DNA from: an uncultured Gemmatimonadales bacterium
GTDB taxonomy: Bacteria; Gemmatimonadota; Gemmatimonadetes; Longimicrobiales; RSA9
Reading direction: 5' to 3'
Assembly: GCA_963708135.1 (NCBI GenBank)
Contig: OY970192.1
Location: forward strand, 224,001 to 288,000
DNA: 64,000 bases
In this document: positions 55,014 to 64,000 of the stretch, one piece after another
Numbering within the stretch: position 1 is the stretch's first letter
Layout of the letters: each line of letters opens with the position of its first letter
Position numbers and translations under genes: made by a program
The notes under the pieces: generated by a model
The model's input: the letters and a program-made list of their open reading frames with translations, nothing else
The model's database searches: none
Told to the model about the DNA's origin: nothing

Positions 55014-57983
55014 ATGGCGCCTATGGGACGGGTACGATGCATCATCGGAGCGCTCCTGGCGGTTGTGTGGATTGCGCCGCTGGGGGCGCAGACGCCGGGT
55101 GGCACGATTCAGGGCCGCGTGACGGAAAGCGCGACGAAGGAGCCGCTGTCGGGGGTCGTGGTCACGGCCGGTAATCACGGAGCCTTGACGGATCAGGACG
55201 GGCGCTACGCGCTGGCGAACCTGCCGGCGGGGACGTACACGGTGAAGACGAGCATGCTGGGGTATGGCGAGGCGAGCAAGACGGTGACGGTGGCGGCGGG
55301 GCAGACGGTGGAGGCGGATTTCGCGTTGACGACAGAGGCGGTGAGCCTGTCGCAGCTGGTGGTCGTGGGGTACGGCCAGCAGCGGGCGGGGAACATCACG
55401 GGCGCGGTGAAGCAGGTGAATGCGAGTGAGTTCAACAAGGGGCGGATCGTGAGCCCGGAGGAGCTGATCGAGAGCAAGATCGCGGGCGTGCAGGTGGTGG
55501 ACGACAACGCGCCGGGCGGCGGGCTGTCGATCCGGATCCGCGGCGCGACATCGATCAATGCGAGCAGCGATCCGCTGTACGTGGTGGACGGCGTGCCGGT
55601 GGGGACGGGCTCGGGGGGCGGGCTGTCGCCGGCAGGGCGCGATGCACTGAACTTCCTGAATCCGAACGACATCGAGAGCATCACGGTGCTGAAGGATGCA
55701 GCGTCGGCGGCGATCTACGGCGCGAACGCGGCGAACGGCGTGGTGCTGATCCAGACGAAGTCGGGAGCGCGGGCGCCGAGCTTCACGTACAGCACGAGCA
55801 TGTCGGCCGCGTCGGTGACGCGGGTGCCGGAGGTGCTCACGGCGGCGCAGTTCCGTTCGGCGGTGCAGCAGTACGCGCCGGACCGGGTGTCGATGCTGGG
55901 GAATGCGAACACGGACTGGTTCAACCTGATCGACCGCACGGCGTACGGGCAGGAGCACAACCTGGCGATCGCGGGGGCCGGGGCGCACAACGACTATCGT
56001 CTGTCCTTCGGCTACCTGAACCAGGATGGCGTGATCAGGGGCAGCTCCACGGACCGTCTCTCGCTGGGACTGAACTTCGACCAGCGGTTGCTGAGCGACA
56101 ACCTGGATCTGCGCGCGAACGTGCTGGGCGCGCGGACAAAGGACGTTTTCACGGCGGGTGACGTGCTGGGGAACGCCGTTGGCATGGCGCCGACGCAGCC
56201 GGTCTACGACCCGAACGCGCAGACGGGCTACTGGGACTGGCAGACGACGGGCGCCTCGGCGAGCAACCCGCTGGCGAGCCTGAACCTGTCAACCGACCAG
56301 GGCGCGACGTGGCGCAGCGTCGGCAACCTGCAGGCGGAGTACCACCTGCCGTTCCTGGAGGCGCTGAAGGCGCACGTCAGCGTGGCGTACGACGTGGGGA
56401 AGGTCAACCGGCAGACGTTCATCCCGAACGACCTGGCCAGCCAGGAACGGCAGGGGCATGGCCGGATCACGCTGGTGAACAACACGCAGACGAACACGGT
56501 CCTCCAGTCGTACCTGAACTACAACGCCGCGCTCGGCGCCGTGCCGGGCACCATCGACCTGACGGGCGGCTACTCCTACAACGAGTCGCACGGCGAGTAT
56601 CCGTTCTTCCAGGAGACAGGGCTCGACAGCAACCTGCTCGGCGTCAACGGGATTGCGACGGCTACCACGTTGCAGCCGGGCAAGAGCGTGGTGGACAGCA
56701 AGCTGATCTCCTTCTTCGGGCGCGCGAACTACAACCTGAAGGACCGCTACCTGCTGGCTTTCAGCCTTCGGCGCGACGGCTCGTCGCGCTTCGGTCCCGG
56801 GAACCAGTGGGGGCTCTTCCCCGCCGCGTCGGCGGCGTGGCGCATCTCGGAGGAGCCCTTCATGAAGGGCCTTACGGCGCTCTCCGACCTGAAGCTGCGC
56901 GGCTCGTGGGGGAAGACGGGCAACCAGGCGTTCGCGGACTACCAGCAGTACGCGACCTACACGTACAGCAATCCGCAGGCGGAGTATCAGTTCGGCAACA
57001 ACTTCGTCAGCACGATCCGGCCGAGCGCGGTGGACCCGAACATCAAATGGGAGCAGACGAACTCCTACGACCTGGGCATCGACTACGGCTTCTTCAACCA
57101 GCGCGTCAACGGCTCTCTCGACTGGTACACGAAGAAGACGACGGACCTGATCTTCACGGTCCCGGTTCCCGCCGGCACGAACTACTCGAATTACCTCACC
57201 ACGAACATCGGCAGCATGCAGAACAAGGGGATCGAGCTGAGCCTCAGCGCGAACGTGCTGAAGGGCGGCGAGGGTCGGCTCGGCTGGACGGCTGACTTCA
57301 CCGCGTCGCACAACGCGAACCAGCTGCTCAGCATCACGCGCGCGGGCTCGCAGCTGATCCAGGTCGGCGGTGTCTCGGGCGGCGTGGGCACGACGATCCA
57401 GGCGCTCGAGCCCGGGCAGCCGATCAACTCCTTCTACGTCTGCCCGCAGTACTACCAGGACGGCAAGCCGGTGGAAGGCAAGTACGTGAGCCTGGCGGAC
57501 ACGGTCGCCTCGATCTGCAACTCGGCCAGCCTGCGGGCGTACCACGACCCGGCGCCCAGCTGGATGCTGGGTCACTCGTCGTACTTCACCCTCGGGCACT
57601 TCGACCTGGACATGACACTGCGGGCGTACCTGGGCAACTACGTCTACAACAACGTGGCCTCGCAGGGTGCCTACCAGTCGCTCACCACCGGCGGCTCGCC
57701 CTCGAACGTATCCACGTCGGTGCTCAAGACGGGTTTCGTGGTCCCGCAGTACCTGTCGGACTTCTACGTGGAGAGCGGGTCGTTCCTGCGCATGGACAAC
57801 GCGACGATCGGGTACTCGTTCCACTACCGCGACCAGCCGGTCCGGCTGTATCTCTCGGTGCAGAACGCGTTCACCCTCACGGGCTACAGCGGCGTCGATC
57901 CAACGGCCGGGCTGAACGGGATCGACAACAACATCTACCCGCGCTCGCGCACCGTCACCGGCGGCCTGAGCGTCCAGTTCTAG
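55014..57983 (+). CDS. susC: SusC/RagA family TonB-dependent receptor (starch locus)
   Basis: VVVGYG, IRIRG, VLKDAASAAIYG..AANGV, R.DGSSRFG, terminal F. Confidence 0.95.
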   Translation: MAPMGRVRCIIGALLAVVWIAPLGAQTPGGTIQGRVTESATKEPLSGVVVTAGNHGALTDQDGRYALANLPAGTYTVKTSMLGYGEASKTVTVAAGQTVEADFALTTEAVSLSQLVVVGYGQQRAGNITGAVKQVNASEFNKGRIVSPEELIESKIAGVQVVDDNAPGGGLSIRIRGATSINASSDPLYVVDGVPVGTGSGGGLSPAGRDALNFLNPNDIESITVLKDAASAAIYGANAANGVVLIQTKSGARAPSFTYSTSMSAASVTRVPEVLTAAQFRSAVQQYAPDRVSMLGNANTDWFNLIDRTAYGQEHNLAIAGAGAHNDYRLSFGYLNQDGVIRGSSTDRLSLGLNFDQRLLSDNLDLRANVLGARTKDVFTAGDVLGNAVGMAPTQPVYDPNAQTGYWDWQTTGASASNPLASLNLSTDQGATWRSVGNLQAEYHLPFLEALKAHVSVAYDVGKVNRQTFIPNDLASQERQGHGRITLVNNTQTNTVLQSYLNYNAALGAVPGTIDLTGGYSYNESHGEYPFFQETGLDSNLLGVNGIATATTLQPGKSVVDSKLISFFGRANYNLKDRYLLAFSLRRDGSSRFGPGNQWGLFPAASAAWRISEEPFMKGLTALSDLKLRGSWGKTGNQAFADYQQYATYTYSNPQAEYQFGNNFVSTIRPSAVDPNIKWEQTNSYDLGIDYGFFNQRVNGSLDWYTKKTTDLIFTVPVPAGTNYSNYLTTNIGSMQNKGIELSLSANVLKGGEGRLGWTADFTASHNANQLLSITRAGSQLIQVGGVSGGVGTTIQALEPGQPINSFYVCPQYYQDGKPVEGKYVSLADTVASICNSASLRAYHDPAPSWMLGHSSYFTLGHFDLDMTLRAYLGNYVYNNVASQGAYQSLTTGGSPSNVSTSVLKTGFVVPQYLSDFYVESGSFLRMDNATIGYSFHYRDQPVRLYLSVQNAFTLTGYSGVDPTAGLNGIDNNIYPRSRTVTGGLSVQF

Positions 57984-57991
57984 GAGGGTCC

Positions 57992-59575
57992 ATGAGCCTC
58001 AGAGCACTCAAGGCGCCTGCAGCACTGGCGATCGGGCTGCTGGTCCTGGCAGCCGTAGGCTGTACGGACCCGACGGTGCAGCCGAAGAGCACGGTGACCG
58101 GCGCCAACGTCTTCAACGATCCGAGCAGCTATGAGTATCTGCTGGCCCGGGTCTACGCGGGGCTGGCCGTGAGCGGCCAGCAGGGGCCTGCCGGCAACGC
58201 CGACATCCAGGGCATCGACGAGGGCTTCTCCCAGTATCTCCGCCTGTACTGGGAGTGCGAGGAGCTGCCGACGGACGAGGCCATCATCGCCTGGAACGAC
58301 ATCGGGCTTCCCGAGATGAACACGCTGACCTGGACCTCGTCCAGCCGCATGGTGGTGGCGATGTACTACCGGATCTACGTACAGGCCATGATGGCGAACG
58401 ACTTCCTGCGCGAGACCTCGGCCGACGCGCTGGCCTCGCGGGGCGCCATCTCGCCGACGCTGAAGGCGAAGATCGGGCAGTACCGGGCGGAGGCGCGCTT
58501 CCTCCGGGCGCTCAGCTACTGGCACGCCATCGACCTGTTCGGCAACGTGCCGCTCGTCACCGAGAACGATCCGGTCGGCGGCGCGCCCCCCGCGCAGGCC
58601 ACGCGGCAGGAGATCTACGATTACGTCGTGCAGGAGCTGACGGCCATCCGCGACTCGCTGCCGCAGCCCGGCCCGGACACCTACGGCCGGGCCACGACGC
58701 AGGCCGCCAACATGTTGCTCGCCGAGGTCTACCTGAATGGCGGCGTCTACACGGGGACGGATCACTACACGGAGGCGCTCAACGCCGTGCAGGACGTCAT
58801 CGGCTCGGGCCAGTACAGCCTGGACCCGAACTACCGCCACCTGTTCATGGCGGACAACAACACCTCGCCGGAGATCATCTTCGCCATCACGCAGGACGGG
58901 AAGCACACGCAGACGTACGGCGGGGTGACCTTCCTGGCCCATGCCGCCTGCGGCGGGAACATGTCCGCCGGCAGCTACGGCATCGACTACTGCTGGGGCG
59001 GCACGCGCCTGAAGCCGCAGGCGTATGACTTCTACGCCCCCGGCGACGGGCGGGCGTCCTACTTCCACACCGACGGCCAGAGCGTCGGGGTGGCCGACAT
59101 CGGCAGCTTCAACGACGGCATTGCCGCGCCCAAGTTCACCAACGTCAACTCGCTCGGACAGCAGGGCTCGGACCCGACGTTCGTGGACACGGACTTCCCG
59201 ATGTTCCGGCTGGGCGAGGCCTACCTGATCTACGCGGAGGCCGTGGTGCGGGGCGCCGGCGGCAGCATGGACCAGGCGGTCGCCTACATCAACAAGCTGC
59301 GCGAGCGGGCGTACGGCAACACCAGCGGCGACATCACGGCCGCCCAGCTCACGCTCCCCTTCATCCTGGCCGAGCGCGGCCGCGAGCTCCTGTGGGAGGC
59401 GCATCGCCGCACGGACCTCATCCGCTTCGGCGAGTTCACGGGCGGGGACTACCTGTGGGCCTGGAAGGGTGGTGTCGAGGCAGGCACTTCCGTCCCCGCC
59501 ACCATGAACCTCTACCCGCTCCCGGAGTCCGAGCTGGTGGCGAACCCGAACCTGACGCAGAACCCGGGCTATTGA
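57992..59575 (+). CDS. susD: SusD/RagB family lipoprotein (starch-binding type)
   Basis: Lipobox AVGC; AEARFLRA, FGNVP, ERGREL.WE..RRTDLIRFG, QNPGY. Confidence 0.93.
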   Translation: MSLRALKAPAALAIGLLVLAAVGCTDPTVQPKSTVTGANVFNDPSSYEYLLARVYAGLAVSGQQGPAGNADIQGIDEGFSQYLRLYWECEELPTDEAIIAWNDIGLPEMNTLTWTSSSRMVVAMYYRIYVQAMMANDFLRETSADALASRGAISPTLKAKIGQYRAEARFLRALSYWHAIDLFGNVPLVTENDPVGGAPPAQATRQEIYDYVVQELTAIRDSLPQPGPDTYGRATTQAANMLLAEVYLNGGVYTGTDHYTEALNAVQDVIGSGQYSLDPNYRHLFMADNNTSPEIIFAITQDGKHTQTYGGVTFLAHAACGGNMSAGSYGIDYCWGGTRLKPQAYDFYAPGDGRASYFHTDGQSVGVADIGSFNDGIAAPKFTNVNSLGQQGSDPTFVDTDFPMFRLGEAYLIYAEAVVRGAGGSMDQAVAYINKLRERAYGNTSGDITAAQLTLPFILAERGRELLWEAHRRTDLIRFGEFTGGDYLWAWKGGVEAGTSVPATMNLYPLPESELVANPNLTQNPGY

Positions 59576-59700
59576 ACGGGCCGGATCGGGCTTTTCCCGG
59601 GCTCTCTCGCTCTTCCCTCGGGCCGAGCCGCTCGAGGGGAGAGTGGGAGAGCGGGGGAGTGGGGGAGTGGGTGATCTGCCGGGTGGCGCAGGTGCGCGGC

Positions 59701-61341
59701 GTGATCCGCAACGACAGAAAAGCCGCTCGCGCGGGCGTCCGCGACCGGCCGGCATGGCGGGACCTGGCCACCCGGCTGGCCAGCGTCCTGCTCGCCCTGA
59801 CCGCGGCCGCCTGCGCGGCGACGCCCACGAACCCGCCCGTCACGGGCGTCCCCACGCCGGGGCGCCCCACCCTCGATCCGACCTACCGCCCCAGCGGGCA
59901 CATGGCCGCGGGCGACGCTTTCGTCCAGCTCTTCGAGTGGAAGTGGACGGACATCGCGGACGAGTGCGAGCGCGTGCTCGGCCCCGCCGGCTTCCGCGCG
60001 GTGCAGGTCTCGCCGCCCGAGGAGCACAGCATGGAGCCGAACCACACCTGGGCCGAGCGCTACCAGCCGGTCAGCTACAGCATCGCGCGCAGCCGTTCCG
60101 GCACGGGCGCGGAGTTCACGGACATGGTCCAGCGCTGCCACGCGGCGGGCGTGGACATCTACGTGGATGCGATCCTGAACCACATGACCAATACGCCGAG
60201 CCCGGGCGTCGGGAGCAACGGCACCGCGTACACGAAGTACTCCTACCCCGGGCTCTACTCGCCCTCCGACTTCCACCCGCCGTGCACGGTGAGCGACTAC
60301 ACGAGCGCGGCCAATGTGCAGGACTGCGAGCTGTTCGGCCTGCCCGACCTGAACACCGGGCTGCCCGCCGTCCGGCAGAAGATCGCGGGCTACCTCATCA
60401 TGCTCGCGCGGCTGGGCGTGGCGGGCTTCCGGATCGACGCCGCCAAGCACATCCAGCAGGTCGAGCTGGACGAGATCTTCACGCTCGTGGACTCCACCCT
60501 GAGCGCCGAGGGGCGGCCGGTGCCGTACTATTTCCTCGAGATCAGCACGGGGGCGGGCGAGGCGCTCGGGCCGCGCGACTACTTCGGCGAGGCGTACCGC
60601 TCGGGCGGCGCGGCGGACATCACCGAGTTCACCTTCACCGGCGTGGGCGACAAGTTCCTCGGCACCGGCGGCCAGCACATCTCGCAGCTGAGCCCCGACG
60701 GGCCGGCCGGCAGCCAGTTCTCTCCGACGGCCTGGGGACTGATGCCCTCCGACAAGGCCGTGGTCTTCCTCGAGAACCACGATACACAGCACGGCAACGC
60801 GATCGGCTACCGCGACGGCCAGGTCTTCCGCCTGGCCAATGTGTGGATGCTCGCGCAGCCCTACGGCTACCCGAAGTCCCTGTCCAGCTACGCCTTCATC
60901 CGCCCCGCCGAGAACGACAGGGGGCCGCCCTCGGACGCCGCCGGCAATACCGAGGACGTGACGTGCGCCGCGAGCCTCGAGACCGCCCGCGACGGCGACT
61001 GGGTGTGCGAGCACCGCGACCCCTACATCCTGCCAATGGTCGGCTTCCGGAAGCTCGTGGCGGGGACGCCCGAGACCCACTGGTGGGACGACGGCGCGAA
61101 CGCCATCGCGTTCTCGCGCGGCGGCGCGGGCTTCGTGGCGATCAGCCGCGAGGACACCACGGTGACGGCGAGCGTCGCCACCGGGATGCCGCCCGGCAGC
61201 TACTGCGACCTGCTCACCGGCGGCGCCGGCGCCGGCGCCGGCTGTGCCGGGGCCGCCATCGTCGTGGATTCCGCCGGCGCCGTCCGGCTCGACCTCGCCC
61301 CGAACACCGCCCTTGCCATCGACACCGCCACGCGGCGCTGA
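59701..61341 (+). CDS. Alpha-amylase, GH13 (actinobacterial/animal-like), probable lipoprotein
   Basis: QLFEW.W.DIA.EC, VQVSPP, RYQPVSY, GFRIDAAKH, FLENHD, W.CEHR; start uncertain. Confidence 0.9.
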   Translation: MIRNDRKAARAGVRDRPAWRDLATRLASVLLALTAAACAATPTNPPVTGVPTPGRPTLDPTYRPSGHMAAGDAFVQLFEWKWTDIADECERVLGPAGFRAVQVSPPEEHSMEPNHTWAERYQPVSYSIARSRSGTGAEFTDMVQRCHAAGVDIYVDAILNHMTNTPSPGVGSNGTAYTKYSYPGLYSPSDFHPPCTVSDYTSAANVQDCELFGLPDLNTGLPAVRQKIAGYLIMLARLGVAGFRIDAAKHIQQVELDEIFTLVDSTLSAEGRPVPYYFLEISTGAGEALGPRDYFGEAYRSGGAADITEFTFTGVGDKFLGTGGQHISQLSPDGPAGSQFSPTAWGLMPSDKAVVFLENHDTQHGNAIGYRDGQVFRLANVWMLAQPYGYPKSLSSYAFIRPAENDRGPPSDAAGNTEDVTCAASLETARDGDWVCEHRDPYILPMVGFRKLVAGTPETHWWDDGANAIAFSRGGAGFVAISREDTTVTASVATGMPPGSYCDLLTGGAGAGAGCAGAAIVVDSAGAVRLDLAPNTALAIDTATRR

Positions 61342-61392
61342 GCGCCGCCGGGTGAAGACGCCAGGCGCGGCCGCGCCGCTGGCCGCGAGTCG

Positions 61393-63465
61393 GTGAAGAC
61401 CCTCATGCCCGCTCGCGCCGCCGCCCTCGCCCTCGCCCTCGTCGTCCTCCTGGCCGGCGTGCGCGCGGCCGCCGCGCAGCAGGCCGGGGCCGGCGTGCCG
61501 CAGTCGGCCCGCGTCGCCTCCCCGGATGGACGTACGGTGGTCACGGTCGAGACGCGGGATGGTGGGCTCTACTACGCCATCGAGCGCGACGGCCGGCCGC
61601 TGCTGGTCCCGTCCCGCCTCGGCTTTGCCTTCAGCGGCGGCGACTCGCTCTACGCCGCGCTGCGCATCACCGGCACGGCCCGCGATTCGGCGGACACGAC
61701 GTGGACGCAGCCGTGGGGGCAGGTCTCGCGGGTGCGCGACCACCACAACGAGCTGCGAGTCCGTGTGGCCGAGGACCGGCCGCCCGGGCGCGGCTTCGCG
61801 GTGGTATTGCGCGTCTTCGATGATGGCGTCGGCTTCCGCTACGAGGTCTCCGACAGCGGCGGCTTCCACGATTTCCAGATGATGGAGGAGCTGACCGAGT
61901 TCGCCATGGCGGACAACGCGAAGGCGTGGTGGATCCCGGCCGACATCCCCGCGGACGACCGGCAGGAGTTCCTCTACTCGGAGAGCCCGGTCAGCCGGCT
62001 GGACACGGTGAACGTGCCGCTCACGATGGAGGTGACGGACGGGCCCGTCGTCGCCATCCACGAGGCCGACCTCGAGGACTACGCGGGGATGTATCTGGCG
62101 CGCACGGGGCCGCGAACCCTGCGCACCACGCTGGCGAAGTGGAAGGACGGCGTCGCCGTGAAGGGGACGGCGCCGTTCACGACGCCGTGGCGCATGCTCG
62201 AGATCGCGGACAGCGCGGGCGGGCTCGTGCCGGACGTGCTCGAGCTGAACCTGAACCCGCCCAGCCGGATCACCGACGCGAGCTGGATCCGGCCCATGAA
62301 GTACGACGGCATCTGGTGGGGCATGCAGATCGGGCTCTACACCTGGGCCGAGGGCCCGCGCCACGGCGCCACGACGGCGCGCGCCGAGCGCTACATCGAC
62401 TTCGCCGCCGCGAACGGCCTGGCCGGCACGCTGGTGGAGGGGTGGAACGTCGGCTGGGGGCCGCAGCACGTGCCGTTCTCGTACACGCAGGCCTCCCCCG
62501 ATTACGAGCTTCCGGCGGTTGCGGCGTACGCGCGCAGCAAGGGCGTGGCGCTGATCGCGCACAACGAGACGTTCGAGAACGTGACGAACTACGAGCGCCA
62601 GCTCGACGACGCGTTCTCGCTCTACCAGCGGCTGGGCATCCACGCGGTGAAGACCGGCTACGTGGGGGACAGGACGGACACCGGCGAGTCCCATCAGGGG
62701 CAGTACATGGTGCGCCACCAGCGCCACGTCATCGAGGCGGCGGCGCGGCACCACCTCATGCTCGATGTCCACGAGCCGATCCGGGACACGGGCGAGCGCC
62801 GCACCTGGCCCGACATCATGACCCGCGAGGGCGCGCGCGGGCAGGAGTACAACGCATTCGGCCCGGCGGGCGGCAACCCGCCGGAGCACGAGACGATCCT
62901 CTTCTTCACCCGCATGCTCGCCGGGCCGATGGACTTCACGCCCGGCATCTTCGACCTCTTCGTGAAGAGCGCGAACGGCACACCGCGCACCCCCGAGCAG
63001 CCGCGCCCGCGCAGCACGCTGGCCCGGCAGCTCGCGCTCTACGTCGTCCTCTACTCGCCCATGCAGATGGCGGCGGACCTGCCGGAGAACTACGAGGGGC
63101 AGCCGGCCTTCCAGTTCATCCGCGACGTGGCCGTGGACTGGGACACGACGCGCGTCCTCGCCGGCAGGATCGGCGACTACGTCATCGTCGCCCGCCGGCA
63201 GCGCGGCTCCCCAACCTGGTTCCTCGGCGCGATCACGGACGAGCAGGCGCGCACCTTTGACGTGCCGCTCACGTTCCTCGCGCCGGGGAGGCGCTACGTG
63301 GCCGAGATCTACGCGGACGGGCCGGGCGCCTCCTGGCGGGACCGCCCCCTGGCCATAGCCATCCGCCGGCGTGGGGTGGACGCCGGCTCCAGCCTGCATA
63401 TCGTCATGGCGGCGGGCGGCGGCGAGGCGGTCCGCATCCGGCCGGCCGGAGCGGAGGACCGATGA
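61393..63465 (+). CDS. Glycoside hydrolase family 97 (SusB-like alpha-glucosidase)
   Basis: SPDG, GIWWGM, YIDFAA, LVEGWN.GW, HNET, VKTGYV, REGARGQE, GPMDFTPG. Confidence 0.93.
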   Translation: MKTLMPARAAALALALVVLLAGVRAAAAQQAGAGVPQSARVASPDGRTVVTVETRDGGLYYAIERDGRPLLVPSRLGFAFSGGDSLYAALRITGTARDSADTTWTQPWGQVSRVRDHHNELRVRVAEDRPPGRGFAVVLRVFDDGVGFRYEVSDSGGFHDFQMMEELTEFAMADNAKAWWIPADIPADDRQEFLYSESPVSRLDTVNVPLTMEVTDGPVVAIHEADLEDYAGMYLARTGPRTLRTTLAKWKDGVAVKGTAPFTTPWRMLEIADSAGGLVPDVLELNLNPPSRITDASWIRPMKYDGIWWGMQIGLYTWAEGPRHGATTARAERYIDFAAANGLAGTLVEGWNVGWGPQHVPFSYTQASPDYELPAVAAYARSKGVALIAHNETFENVTNYERQLDDAFSLYQRLGIHAVKTGYVGDRTDTGESHQGQYMVRHQRHVIEAAARHHLMLDVHEPIRDTGERRTWPDIMTREGARGQEYNAFGPAGGNPPEHETILFFTRMLAGPMDFTPGIFDLFVKSANGTPRTPEQPRPRSTLARQLALYVVLYSPMQMAADLPENYEGQPAFQFIRDVAVDWDTTRVLAGRIGDYVIVARRQRGSPTWFLGAITDEQARTFDVPLTFLAPGRRYVAEIYADGPGASWRDRPLAIAIRRRGVDAGSSLHIVMAAGGGEAVRIRPAGAEDR

Positions 63466-64000
63466 AGGCGACGACGTGGCTGGCCGTGGTCCCCGCGAGC
63501 CTCGCGCTCGCGGCGTGCGCCGGGCGCGCCCCGCGGGCGGAGACGCCGGACGATACACGCGTGGCGCCACCCGCGCGGGCCGTGGCGGCGGGCTCCGACA
63601 GCGTGCCCGGCTGGGAGCGCGGCGGCACCTGCTACGAGATCTTCATCCGTTCCTTCGAGGACAGCGACGGCGATGGCATCGGCGACCTGAAGGGACTCAC
63701 CGCGAAGCTCGACTACGTGAACGACGGTGACCCGGCCACGAGCAGCGATCTGGGCGCTTCCTGCATCTGGCTCATGCCTGTGTCGCCGTCCCCGAGCTAT
63801 CACGGCTACGACGTCACCGACTACTACGGCGTGGAGCCGGACTACGGTACGAAGGAGGACTTCAGGCGCTTCGTGGCCGCCGCGCACCGTCGCGGCATCG
63901 CGGTGATCATCGACATGGTGCTGAACCACAGCTCGAGCCGGCACCCCTATTTCCAGGCGGCGCTCCGCGACACCGCCTCGCCCTACCGCGCCTGGTACCG
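63462..64000 (+). CDS. GH13 alpha-amylase family lipoprotein (3' truncated by window edge)
   Basis: Not in ORF track; reads MKATTWLAVVPASLALAAC..YEIFIRSFEDSDGDGIGDL..IWLMP..YHGYDVTDY..DMVLNH; ATGA overlap. Confidence 0.9.
   Translation, partial: MKATTWLAVVPASLALAACAGRAPRAETPDDTRVAPPARAVAAGSDSVPGWERGGTCYEIFIRSFEDSDGDGIGDLKGLTAKLDYVNDGDPATSSDLGASCIWLMPVSPSPSYHGYDVTDYYGVEPDYGTKEDFRRFVAAAHRRGIAVIIDMVLNHSSSRHPYFQAALRDTASPYRAWY

Overview
Very GC-rich bacterial chromosome segment. The gene content (five ADOP-type duplicated orphan ABC permeases, an acidobacterial-type PadR, two SusC/SusD pairs) suggests Gemmatimonadota or a related lineage; this taxonomy is inference. In order: four clustered ADOP permeases, with a ~1.5 kb structured repeat block between two divergent copies; a small palindromic repeat array; a CheB-CheR-PAS-histidine kinase fusion; a HEPN-MNT module; a zinc-peptidase plus ATP-grasp pair; an aminotransferase; an ankyrin protein with a structured 5' leader; padR plus ADOP; acnA; SusC/SusD plus GH18; a DUF971-like gene; a D-TA family PLP enzyme; an intact IS630; a TetR-TolC-HlyD-ABC exporter operon; an S8 peptidase; alkA-ogt; tRNA-Ala(TGC); and a ROK-regulated starch-utilisation locus (SusC, SusD, GH13, GH97, GH13) that runs off the end. 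No cas, phage or integrase genes were seen. The most interesting signals are non-coding. They are (i) a possible switch-like RNA leader that sequesters the RBS of the ankyrin gene, (ii) arrays of alternating inverted motifs with strand-specific G:T wobbles at 5.8-6.8 kb and a similar array at 10.0-10.2 kb, and (iii) several sigma54-type promoters, two of which share an enhancer-like motif upstream of the divergent ADOP genes. All family assignments come from motif recognition, not database searches.
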